Shown here piece after piece: positions 1-9,385 of a DNA stretch of 64,000 nucleotides. Made by a program: the position numbers and the translations under genes. The stretch spans positions 62,001 to 126,000 of the forward strand of contig CDRNVI010000041.1 in assembly GCA_977017575.1 (NCBI GenBank), read 5' to 3'. Numbering within the stretch: the first letter of the stretch is position 1; every line of letters starts with the position of its first letter. The notes below the pieces were generated by a model. It ran no database searches. It saw nothing but the letters and a program-made list of their open reading frames with translations, and was not told where the DNA came from. This DNA is from Paramoeba atlantica. Taxonomy: Eukaryota; Protista; Discosea.

Positions 1-5
1 GTAAA

Positions 6-620
6 ATGGACCCATTCACTTTCGATTCAGCTTACGGTTTGCCAATGAGTATATTTCCGCTTTCTTTGCGACGGCTGTGTTTTGGTTTAGTTTGGAACGC
101 GTGCATGCAATGTGATGGTGAACTGAAACATTTGTCGAAACATGCCCCAACTTTAAATACAAGACCTTACGATACTCAAGCAACTTGGACACATTCTTCT
201 CATCACGCGCATGCCGTCCAAGACTTTGGAAGCTCTCGAAATAAACAACCTGATTGGTTGATTTTTAGATCCCATTCCACGACGATATTGAGCCCTACGG
301 AATTTCACTCTCCTTCTACCTTTTTTGTTGCTTTGGCTGGAATAGTAGACAAAGATATACGAATTATGCTTTTCGCGTTGTTTGCATCGTGTCTTGAAAA
401 GAATTCTACAGTGTTGTTCCACACTTGGATTCCACACTTTGGCACTGATGAACTATTGCTTTGCCTAGGAAATGATTCACTGATGAAAGTACTTATACTT
501 TTAGGTCGTGGAGATGACAAACGTGCATACGAAATCGCTAAAAGGGACGACAATGCCACACAATCCGAAGCTGTATGTTTGCGTAAGGTGGTAGAGGAAT
601 TGGGGAAGAGATTCTCTTAA
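6..620 (+). CDS. hypothetical protein, probably the C-terminal part of a gene starting upstream of the window
   Basis: 204-aa ORF at the window edge, co-oriented with all downstream genes; no motif recognised. Confidence 0.55.
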   Translation: MDPFTFDSAYGLPMSIFPLSLRRLCFGLVWNACMQCDGELKHLSKHAPTLNTRPYDTQATWTHSSHHAHAVQDFGSSRNKQPDWLIFRSHSTTILSPTEFHSPSTFFVALAGIVDKDIRIMLFALFASCLEKNSTVLFHTWIPHFGTDELLLCLGNDSLMKVLILLGRGDDKRAYEIAKRDDNATQSEAVCLRKVVEELGKRFS

Positions 621-855
621 AGACTTTGTGTCGAATGTGTATTTCGGAGTGTGCAATACGTGCACTGTTTTAGTTTTTTACTCATTTTTCCTTCGTGCTT
701 GTATGGGTTCATTACATGTGTAGATTCTAGAATTAATTCAACGGATGAGGATTTACATTTTATTCCTGGGCGATAATGAAAATTACAGAAATTTAGATAA
801 TCAAAGTTTATCTCATATTTCTATTCTTAATTTTCAGTAATCGCAGGGTAGAAGG

Positions 856-3105
856 ATGATGACGTTGCGCCTAATCACGAACGCTGCCACATACCACAGC
901 TTTCGCTGTTTGTTAGTCGCGCTGGAGACGAACTGCCAACTCAGCGTATCAGTGTTGTCCCATGAACAAAGCTTTCATTACTTGCTTAGATTGAATTTAC
1001 CAACATCATTCCCCTTGGAGGAAGTGTGGCCTGTCCTTGAGGAGGGTGAGGAAGACGTTCGTACGATAGGTTCAAAAAATGTATATCACCGACTCGCAGA
1101 ATTGAACAGATATTCGGGCAATGAAAATTTACGTCGTTTTCTGGAGTGGGATTCTGAAACCTTTCGAAATACGACTGACGAGGAGTCACAATATGGGAAA
1201 TTAGATTCTAATAATGCGGCGACGATAATTAAAGACCTAGCGGTGAAGTTTCCGTCTGTTTTACAGGATGACACAACCGTTATGAAGTGCTTGCTGTTCG
1301 CCTCCGTGATTCCTCTTGTACCTACACTAGAACACACGAATGCATTGCAGAATGAGGAAGGACACTTTGGTGGGAATCTTCATTCTTGGTTTGAGGCCTT
1401 TTTCAAGACGAATCAAGCATCAATTCGGTCCGGGTTATCTCTTCTGGGAGTGCCAGAGCTTTCCAAACTGGAGTTTTCGCAAAAAGTCCCTCGCTCCCTA
1501 TCCGTGGCAAACTATCCCTTCTACGTCACAACACCCATCTACTATGTTAATGCTGCGCCCCACATCGGTCACATTTACTCTACCTTAGTAGCCGACTGCC
1601 TTGCGCGTTACCATTCTTTAATAGGTGAGGAAAGTTTTTTGTCTACCGGAACGGACGAGCACGGGCAGAAAATTGCAAAAGCTGCCGCAGATAAAAATCA
1701 AACGCCGCAAACGTTTACCGACGACGTCGCGCGCTCCTTCCGGGACTGCTTCGATGAGTGGGATTTTAAATACAACCACTTTGTCCGCACAACCGATCTC
1801 GAGCACGTTTCCCTCGTAGAGAAGCTATGGGAGAGGCTGGTCGACCAAGACGACATTTATCTAGGCACCTATGAGGGCTGGTACTGCGTCTCCGACGAGT
1901 CATTTCTAACTGCCACACAGGTGCGTGAGGAGGCATTACCCGAGGGGACGGGTACGCGCTATCTCTCTGTAGAATCCGGTCACCCCGTACATCGTGTCTC
2001 CGAGCAGAATTACCTGTTTCGACTCTCGAAATATGAAAAACAGCTTTTAGAATGGCTACGCAGCGGTCCGGTAATTTACCCCGAGTTCCGACGACAGGAG
2101 GTTATCCAACTCGTACAAAACGGCCTCTCGGACCTCTCGGTTTCACGAAAGAAATCCGTCTGTGATTGGGCCATTCCCTGTCCAGGAGATCCCGACCACG
2201 TGATTTATGTCTGGCTGGACGCTTTAACCAATTATCTCACCTCGGCGATGCTAACGGATTCGCAAACGTCGCACCGAGAACTCTGTGCGCACCCGAGTGG
2301 TTTCGCTCGATGGCCCGGGACCCATGTGCTGGGGAAAGACATTTTAAAATTCCATGCCGTCTATTGGCCAGCGTTTCTGTTCGCCCTGGGCTACGCCCCC
2401 CCTCGAAAACTGATTGTCCACGGCTGGTGGACCAATGAGGGTAGGAAAATTAGCAAGAGCCTCGGGAACGCCTTTGACCCGCGGGAAAAAGTCGAGCGCT
2501 ACGGTCTGGACCCGATCAAGTACTTCCTGCTCCGGGAGTGCTCGTTTAAGGATGACGGGGACTACTCCGATGGTGCCATGGTCTCTCGGTTGAATGGAGA
2601 ACTCGCGGATACGTTAGGGAATCTGGTGTTACGATGCGTCAGTGTGAAGCTTGTGCCCCAACGTGTGGTCCCAACCCCCGGGAGCTACACCCCCCATGAT
2701 GTACTGATGCGTGATGAAACTGAGAGGCTTGTGGGACGCTTTGATGGGGCTTTCCGGATGGGGGACCTGCAGACGGGAGTGAAGGTCGTGTTTGAGGTGC
2801 TAAGATGTGTGAATGCGTATACAACCCATATGGAGCCTTGGAAAGTGATACGGAAGGATACCGCGAGGGCAGGTACGATACTCTACGTGATGCAGGACTG
2901 CCTCCGGATCAGCGCACTTCTGTTGGGGTGTGTGATGCCTGACGTTTGTGATCGTGTGATGCAACAGCTTGGGGTTTCGGAGAAGCCAGAGTTAATCCGA
3001 GGACGTGACGCACTTCGGTTTGGCAAACTGCCTCCTGGAACTCCGTTGGGCGAAACACAGCCACCTTTGTTTCAGAAAATTGTGGAAGGCAAAGTTCCAA
3101 AGTGA
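856..3105 (+). CDS. MARS: methionyl-tRNA synthetase with N-terminal extension
   Basis: YVTTPIYYVNAAPHIGHIY (HIGH motif), GTDEHGQKI, YVWLDALTNY, GKDILKFHAVYWP and KISKS (KMSKS-type) motifs. Confidence 0.97.
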   Translation: MMTLRLITNAATYHSFRCLLVALETNCQLSVSVLSHEQSFHYLLRLNLPTSFPLEEVWPVLEEGEEDVRTIGSKNVYHRLAELNRYSGNENLRRFLEWDSETFRNTTDEESQYGKLDSNNAATIIKDLAVKFPSVLQDDTTVMKCLLFASVIPLVPTLEHTNALQNEEGHFGGNLHSWFEAFFKTNQASIRSGLSLLGVPELSKLEFSQKVPRSLSVANYPFYVTTPIYYVNAAPHIGHIYSTLVADCLARYHSLIGEESFLSTGTDEHGQKIAKAAADKNQTPQTFTDDVARSFRDCFDEWDFKYNHFVRTTDLEHVSLVEKLWERLVDQDDIYLGTYEGWYCVSDESFLTATQVREEALPEGTGTRYLSVESGHPVHRVSEQNYLFRLSKYEKQLLEWLRSGPVIYPEFRRQEVIQLVQNGLSDLSVSRKKSVCDWAIPCPGDPDHVIYVWLDALTNYLTSAMLTDSQTSHRELCAHPSGFARWPGTHVLGKDILKFHAVYWPAFLFALGYAPPRKLIVHGWWTNEGRKISKSLGNAFDPREKVERYGLDPIKYFLLRECSFKDDGDYSDGAMVSRLNGELADTLGNLVLRCVSVKLVPQRVVPTPGSYTPHDVLMRDETERLVGRFDGAFRMGDLQTGVKVVFEVLRCVNAYTTHMEPWKVIRKDTARAGTILYVMQDCLRISALLLGCVMPDVCDRVMQQLGVSEKPELIRGRDALRFGKLPPGTPLGETQPPLFQKIVEGKVPK

Positions 3106-3376
3106 GATACATTTGTGTCCATACTTTCCTGACACCAACGGTGTATAGCTCATACTGAAAGAAATTGAAAGCCCTTCTGTTATACTCGAATATTTTAAAG
3201 CTTCAAAATTTTGCTTTTATTATGATGACCTGTAATATGCAGCACTGGAAAAGACCAGAACGCAATGTATTCTCGTTGTAGGAAGAACTTGTATTCATGG
3301 TGATCTTCTAGCATTTTCCATTACAAACCTGTACAAATTATTGAACCTTTACTTTAAATGCTTGAAAAGGCAAAAA

Positions 3377-4192
3377 ATGGATATGCTAACCGAATCGTCG
3401 CCTGCAAACTGCGATTTGTGCATATGCGTTTTGTTTCCTAGTTGTCGACCCGATCCTTTTAGACTTGTCCTGCCACAACTTCCTTCCGGCGACAGAATAA
3501 ATGAAGTGATCGAAGGAATACAAAAACTCGTACCAACCTCTGGCGATGCCAAATTGTGGAAAATATTCATTTGTCTCTCGATTTCAAATCTTCGCCTCTG
3601 TACGTCAGCAGATATCGTACATGGATGTCGTTTATATGTTACCACGATACAGGAGGCGGAAAGCAACTTGATGCTACGAAACCTTGTAAAATCAGGAGGA
3701 CCTCCCGAAGCATCCGAGGCTTCAACTAAAACTGGTGTAATTGAGAGCATAGAAGACGTGAATTCGGAATCTGTAAAGAATGCAGAGTCCCTCAAAACGG
3801 CAACCACGCATCTATCGATTCCCAAATCAATGATCCATGCCGTGGCATTAGCCCATCGGATGCCTGAAATGAAAATGACGGATCGTCCAGAGGACATAAT
3901 TGCTCGTCTCACAACTCTGAGTGATGTGATAAAAGCGATACCGTCTATTTCTGTTGCATCTCTTCCGGGTCGCTTTCTTTGTGTGCGATGTCGTTCCCTC
4001 CGAATGGATCCGTGGATCGCACATTGTTGTGGTGCCTTTCTGTGCCGTCCATGTGTGATGCTCTCAAAATCATCTTGTGTGGGATGTGAACAAACGAACG
4101 TACCGCAATATGCTCCCACTAGAGACACAGTGAGTCTTAGACAGTTGTATAATTGTCTTCTTGAAAAAGTAAAGTCGATAAATGTAGGGTAA
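3377..4192 (+). CDS. C-terminal RING-like zinc-finger protein, possibly RBBP6/Mpe1-related
   Basis: CVRC..MDPWIAHCCGAFLCRPC..CVGC Cys cluster; first ATG at 3377 (the track start at 3341 is TTG). Confidence 0.55.
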   Translation: MDMLTESSPANCDLCICVLFPSCRPDPFRLVLPQLPSGDRINEVIEGIQKLVPTSGDAKLWKIFICLSISNLRLCTSADIVHGCRLYVTTIQEAESNLMLRNLVKSGGPPEASEASTKTGVIESIEDVNSESVKNAESLKTATTHLSIPKSMIHAVALAHRMPEMKMTDRPEDIIARLTTLSDVIKAIPSISVASLPGRFLCVRCRSLRMDPWIAHCCGAFLCRPCVMLSKSSCVGCEQTNVPQYAPTRDTVSLRQLYNCLLEKVKSINVG

Positions 4193-4407
4193 TGACCTCT
4201 TACGCTTGTGTATGCCTTATCCTAGGTTCATGTAGAGTCTCAACTACGTTAGGGTAACTGTAGGGAAGACGTAGTTGTATGTCAAAAAGAAAGTAATTTA
4301 CTTCTGTGGTACTAGTATGCAGTTGTACAGGAATTGATTTACTCAGATGTGTTTATGTGTATGCTTATGTAAGTGAACCTCGGACGTATTTTCCTACGTG
4401 GCAGAAA

Positions 4408-5991
4408 ATGCGCGGCTTCCGTCTTCTTTTTCTGACTCTTGTCACCAGGACGTCACTGCTGTTTTTTGCGATCTTGTCGCACAAGGTGTTGGATGACTAT
4501 GACTTGTCTACAGCGATGACAATGAGAGAGATGCAACAGGCTCCACATTCGTTTCTTGAAAACGATCCTAAAGAAGATAACGTTTCGGGAGACGTACCTG
4601 CATTGGGCTATGTTGAATTACTCGCCCATACTTTTAACTGGGACAGTGTTTTCTTTACCGATATCGCACATCGAGAGCAGCACATGAGATTGAACTATGA
4701 GAAAAATCAAACCGTTTCTTCCCGTTGCAAGGTCTCTGTATCGACTCTGTATAATTTCTGTTCGCATTACACAGCACCCTACCCGTTTGTACACTACTTT
4801 GCCTTCTATCCAGGATACCCTGCCTTGCTCTCTCGCCTCTGTTCATTCACTTCTTGGTTTCCAATCTGTGCTCTGGGACTCAACATAGGGATGTATTTCT
4901 TCTCTGCACTGGGACTTTTCAAACTAACCAGTTTGATCTTTCACAGTGAACCAATGTCGGATTTATCAACTCTTTTTTACCTTCTCTCTCCCGCGGGTAT
5001 ATTCACACAAGCAGCGTATTGTGATGTCATGTACGCATGTCTTAGTAACTGGGGATGTTATTTTTTATTGCTTTGCTGGGAGGCCTATTTTCATCGCTCT
5101 ACAAGACGACCCCCAAACAAATGGCGTAAACCTGTGCAATACAGTATTTTTGCTAGCGCGGCTACACTTTGCTTTTTAGGTGCTAGTACAATACGATCGA
5201 ATGGAATGCTGAATGTGTTATATTTCTTCTATGGCGGATATTTAATCGGTACCGAAACGCTGTACTGCTTTTTTCGGTGTCGGAAGGATACGTTTCAGAA
5301 ATGGAAAGAGCTCCTTTCTGGGGCTACGGCTATGATCGTCATGGGTGTATGTGCCGCAATTACGACTATTCCTTTTTTCCTGTTTCAGTATTGCGCACAG
5401 CGCGAATGTTGTCCAACAGATGATTTAGTAAATTACAATTCTACAGTTTTCGGAAAGGATGATAGCCACATGCCTTGTGGTGTTCCCTTTTATGCTTTCT
5501 ATTCCTCGATACAGAGCCAATATTGGAATGTTGGTTTCTTGTCTCAATTTCAATATTCACAATTGTTAAATTTGGTCATTGCGTTGCCCACCCTCTTCGT
5601 GGTTGTGTGGGGCCTCAAAAGAAAGGGCTTGAGTCTCCCGTTGAATCCAATTATTTTACTATGGAATAGTGTCTGGCGAATAGAAAAATCCAGCATCCCT
5701 AATCGAGTGGTTATCAAAAATCAGGCACATCTGATATCAGAAAAGGACGTAGAGCAACATTATCACTTGGCGTGCAATCTTATGCTTCTTGTTAACACTG
5801 CGATAGCTTTATTTCTAGTACACTTTCAAGTCATTCCCCGTTTTTTGTTTAGTTTGCCTTCCGTACAGTGGATCTTATCAAATTTGTACATCGGGTCGCC
5901 ACCACGTGCAAGACACGTGTTGTTTTCATATCTTTTGCTATGGAACATTTTGGGGATTGTGTTGCATAGCAATTTTTACCCATGGACGTAA
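4408..5991 (+). CDS. PIGV: GPI mannosyltransferase 2 (PIG-V/Gpi18)
   Basis: WDSVFF, FAFYPGYP, RSNG, YWNVGFL, QVIPRF and C-terminal NFYPWT motifs; multi-pass hydrophobic; first ATG at 4408. Confidence 0.9.
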   Translation: MRGFRLLFLTLVTRTSLLFFAILSHKVLDDYDLSTAMTMREMQQAPHSFLENDPKEDNVSGDVPALGYVELLAHTFNWDSVFFTDIAHREQHMRLNYEKNQTVSSRCKVSVSTLYNFCSHYTAPYPFVHYFAFYPGYPALLSRLCSFTSWFPICALGLNIGMYFFSALGLFKLTSLIFHSEPMSDLSTLFYLLSPAGIFTQAAYCDVMYACLSNWGCYFLLLCWEAYFHRSTRRPPNKWRKPVQYSIFASAATLCFLGASTIRSNGMLNVLYFFYGGYLIGTETLYCFFRCRKDTFQKWKELLSGATAMIVMGVCAAITTIPFFLFQYCAQRECCPTDDLVNYNSTVFGKDDSHMPCGVPFYAFYSSIQSQYWNVGFLSQFQYSQLLNLVIALPTLFVVVWGLKRKGLSLPLNPIILLWNSVWRIEKSSIPNRVVIKNQAHLISEKDVEQHYHLACNLMLLVNTAIALFLVHFQVIPRFLFSLPSVQWILSNLYIGSPPRARHVLFSYLLLWNILGIVLHSNFYPWT

Positions 5992-6243
5992 TCACGCCTT
6001 TGTATATCACGCCTGTGTGACATCATCTCCAAAGAGCGGTATCCACTTGAGTATTATTTATTCCTTGTACTGTGCTGACGAACTCGCAAGTGTGAACGTG
6101 GGGGACATGGGGCAGGAATGACCCACCTTCGTTAGTTTCGCCATTTTTTACAAGTTCAGCGTCATGTAAAACATTAATTTTTCTATCGTCGATGCTCTTA
6201 TTTGTTATTTTCTTTAATAAATTTTCATAAGAATTTTTTTTAT

Positions 6244-6525
6244 ATGATGCTGCCAATGGCACGTCGTGAAAGCCATCGTGAAAACGAGTCAGAGAATATA
6301 GGAATGGCTGGAATTCAGTTGGGCCAGCCGAACGTAACAGGATTAGACCCAACGAGAACAATATACGATTTACGTATGCAGGACAGACTAGGGCAGTGCG
6401 GTCGCCGAGGCGAAAATCGCGTTTCCATAGCACTTGAAACCCATAACAACAGCCTAATCGATATTGAATGGAGCGATTATCAAAATCTTCCGGACGAAGT
6501 AGATCATCCGGCACACCTTGTGTGA
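6244..6525 (+). CDS. proteasome maturation factor UMP1/POMP-like, short form
   Basis: SIALETHNNSLIDIEWSDYQNLP..PAHLV resembles the POMP C-terminal segment (NLSLDVLRGNDETIGFEDILNDP..PHLMV, recalled from memory); follows a U-rich tract. Confidence 0.55.
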   Translation: MMLPMARRESHRENESENIGMAGIQLGQPNVTGLDPTRTIYDLRMQDRLGQCGRRGENRVSIALETHNNSLIDIEWSDYQNLPDEVDHPAHLV

Positions 6526-6853
6526 TTACTTTTATACGAATATTACGTAATGCAAGGAATACAAACATGCGATCATATTATATGGCTATGGTGCATACAT
6601 CTATTCAATTTGTGTGCTCTTTTAATTCTGATTTTGTTGCGCGCACGCTACAAGACGTCCCCTGTGCGTCGGGAGGATATACTGTAATATTCATGCTGTA
6701 GCTCACCACAATAGATAAATCTGTATCAAGTGATGTACCTCCATAATGTAGCCCAAAGGTATGATACACTTCACTTACGTGATGAGCGACTCACTTTTAT
6801 ATAGTAAAAAAAATATTAATCTTTTTCGTTGAGATGCAGGCTTTCGAGAGTAA

Positions 6854-9223
6854 ATGGATCTTAGCGATCTCGCGAACTCGATAGAGCGATGCGCGTTCGA
6901 TTCGTTGAGGAACTGCTTGCGACCTCCTTGTGCCGACTTAATAACGAAGTTACAGGAGCAATATTATGCGAACAGCTCACTATTTCTGCAGGATAGTTCC
7001 GGAATTTTATGCGACCTTTCTCTTGTGCTTTTTCCCATTGAAGATAATGTTCCGCTTGATATATTATACGAAACTCTCCAAGTCCAGTTGAAAGATGAAT
7101 ATTCTAGTTCTAACACAGCCTTCAGTTGTCCAGTGAATGGCATTTCGAGAGCAACCAGGGAAAGAATGCAGTCCCTATATGACGTCATATTTCCACCACC
7201 TTCGAAGATTAATCAGAAAGAACTGTCTTATCGTATAGCGAGAGAGAAATGCAAAGCAGCCTATGGGGGGAAACGGCGCAAAATCGTAAATCAAGATTTT
7301 TCAATGAATCGTGAAAACTGTCATTCGCCGAACTCTGAAAAATACAATCAAGATTTTCTCTTTGGATCTTCTCAAAGACTTCGCCGATTTGATGTGAAAT
7401 CACGAGGTTTGCATTATCCTATTGGCAACCTCTCCTCTCTATTTATGTGGGACGTGATTTCTCAACAAGAAAGTAGTGAGCAGCTTCAACACATTGTATT
7501 TTTAGACGCTTCTAAGCATGAGGATTCTGTGTTCTATTTTCTCGAGTTCCTAAGGCATATCCAAGAGCTCATAACGCTTTGTAGCCTTCAAGGCATCCCT
7601 ACACCTCCGCTTAAGTTACAATTATGGATCTCACAAAACTCATCCCAGACGGCTGGATGTAATACCAAGTTAGATTCCTATTGGCACATATTTGCTCCTG
7701 TTAAGACACCGAAAACCATCCGTACTCGGTTTCCATCACCTCTATCGGTCTTCCCTCTTTCGTCAATCGTACGTTTTGACTCCTGTCACTTTTTATGTGA
7801 ATTTCTGGCCCATTGGGTATTTCACAGCCCTGTGGTGGTAAGATTTTCCCATGATCTGCTTCGCCACCTGGGCATTACTTTACAGCTCCATGGGGTAACT
7901 TCCTTTATTTCACTTTGTGTGTCGTGTATTTTGACACATGCATCGGTCTACGGAGTGGTCAGTGGGACCAATGACTCTGAAGCACACAAAAAGCATTCCA
8001 AAAGCAGGAAGAAAGGCAGTAAGGGTAAACAATCACCTTTTAAGAATTCGAATGTCGCTGCGGCGCAAGACAAAAGCCAAACGGACGATGGAACAGAGTC
8101 TCTTTGGCTATACACGTTTCACTACTTTCGCAACAGAGAAGTATCCTTACAAATGATGGGTAAAATTATTCTCTGGATTACAGCAAGGGAAAGAGAAATT
8201 TCATCCTATTTGGAAGACAAAGACTGGGATCTCTCTATGTTGGAACAAGAATTTCTTCAGTCTTTCGGTGAACAGCTGATTGAGAACGTAGACTTCAGTC
8301 ATCTAGCACAGTACGAGCGCACAAGTACTCAGCCTAGGATGCCATCGAGTAACGAACGCCGACAAGCTCAAGATTACAACGAGAACGATACATATTCTGC
8401 AGAGGATACGCTTTTGCACGACTTTCTTGCCGAAGCCGCGACGTTGTGCTCTAGGCTGTGCCTGTGCTGCAAACGAACATTATCAGAAAACATTCCTCAA
8501 CGCTTTACCATTCGGTGCGATGCGCTACGTTTGCTTTGCCGTCACAGTCACGCCGCCTTTCCCTTTCCTACTGGTGAACCTGAGATGAACACAATGGCAG
8601 GTGTAAATGCAGGACCAAGCAGAAATCCCGATTTAGTAGAATCCTGTCATGACTTTCACGCTCACGGGATCGGATCCGTTCACTCTACTCGAGGAAGCCG
8701 GTCCACTTCACACATACGCGATATCAAACAAATGCTGTGGGAGGGCAACGAACACTATGCATTAGAGGCATTAAAGGATTCTTCGCATAAGGAGGAAGAA
8801 GTCTCGTGGTTAAGATACGTCATCATATGGTTGATTCACAAGAGCCAAGGTTGGAATAGCGCTGCGGGTCAATCGTTCTCTGTAGGTTCTGAAGCAAAAA
8901 CCGGAGTAAAAGTTACACACATGCCCTTGGTAGAACTTTTGAAAGCGATCGAAACCGATTATAGTAGTCTGAAACAACGCGAAGACAAGCCAAAAGTGGG
9001 ACCAAAGAGCAGCGTGGGAAAGGTTGCTCGGGCGACACGGAAAAAATCTTCAGATCTCAGGAGTGAAACAAGTTTCAGCAATTGGCTGTTTGCCTTGACG
9101 TATCTCAGCAAGGCAATGGAGGGCCTCATAACATGGAGTAGTACAGACACTTTTGTAAGTTCCGAAACTGATCTTGAGAGTGTTGCAGTAGATTGGTCTG
9201 CTCTTGCATTCCATTTTAGCTGA
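6854..9223 (+). CDS. origin recognition complex subunit 3-like protein
   Basis: DLSLVLFPIEDNVPLDILYETLQVQL and VFHSPVVVRFSHDLLRHLGITLQLHGVTSFISLCVSCILTH resemble, in order, two segments of the ORC3 N-terminal region; by-eye only. Confidence 0.55.
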   Translation: MDLSDLANSIERCAFDSLRNCLRPPCADLITKLQEQYYANSSLFLQDSSGILCDLSLVLFPIEDNVPLDILYETLQVQLKDEYSSSNTAFSCPVNGISRATRERMQSLYDVIFPPPSKINQKELSYRIAREKCKAAYGGKRRKIVNQDFSMNRENCHSPNSEKYNQDFLFGSSQRLRRFDVKSRGLHYPIGNLSSLFMWDVISQQESSEQLQHIVFLDASKHEDSVFYFLEFLRHIQELITLCSLQGIPTPPLKLQLWISQNSSQTAGCNTKLDSYWHIFAPVKTPKTIRTRFPSPLSVFPLSSIVRFDSCHFLCEFLAHWVFHSPVVVRFSHDLLRHLGITLQLHGVTSFISLCVSCILTHASVYGVVSGTNDSEAHKKHSKSRKKGSKGKQSPFKNSNVAAAQDKSQTDDGTESLWLYTFHYFRNREVSLQMMGKIILWITAREREISSYLEDKDWDLSMLEQEFLQSFGEQLIENVDFSHLAQYERTSTQPRMPSSNERRQAQDYNENDTYSAEDTLLHDFLAEAATLCSRLCLCCKRTLSENIPQRFTIRCDALRLLCRHSHAAFPFPTGEPEMNTMAGVNAGPSRNPDLVESCHDFHAHGIGSVHSTRGSRSTSHIRDIKQMLWEGNEHYALEALKDSSHKEEEVSWLRYVIIWLIHKSQGWNSAAGQSFSVGSEAKTGVKVTHMPLVELLKAIETDYSSLKQREDKPKVGPKSSVGKVARATRKKSSDLRSETSFSNWLFALTYLSKAMEGLITWSSTDTFVSSETDLESVAVDWSALAFHFS

Positions 9224-9385
9224 ATGCTGACATATCGACCTATCGTTTAACAGCAGCAGCAATCTATATCGCAACATAATTCTACTTTCTTATATATTCC
9301 GCACCCCTTTTATTGGATCACTAAGTGGTTGCCGTTTTACACACCAAAAATATGCATTTGATGCCATTTTTTTCTCTAATCGGTT

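Noticed and set aside
3349-4128. 259-aa minus-strand ORF
   Set aside because: Antisense shadow of the RING-like gene; no motifs, and it runs against the cluster polarity
6023-6568. 181-aa minus-strand ORF
   Set aside because: Overlaps the UMP1-like + strand gene, which has the recognisable motif
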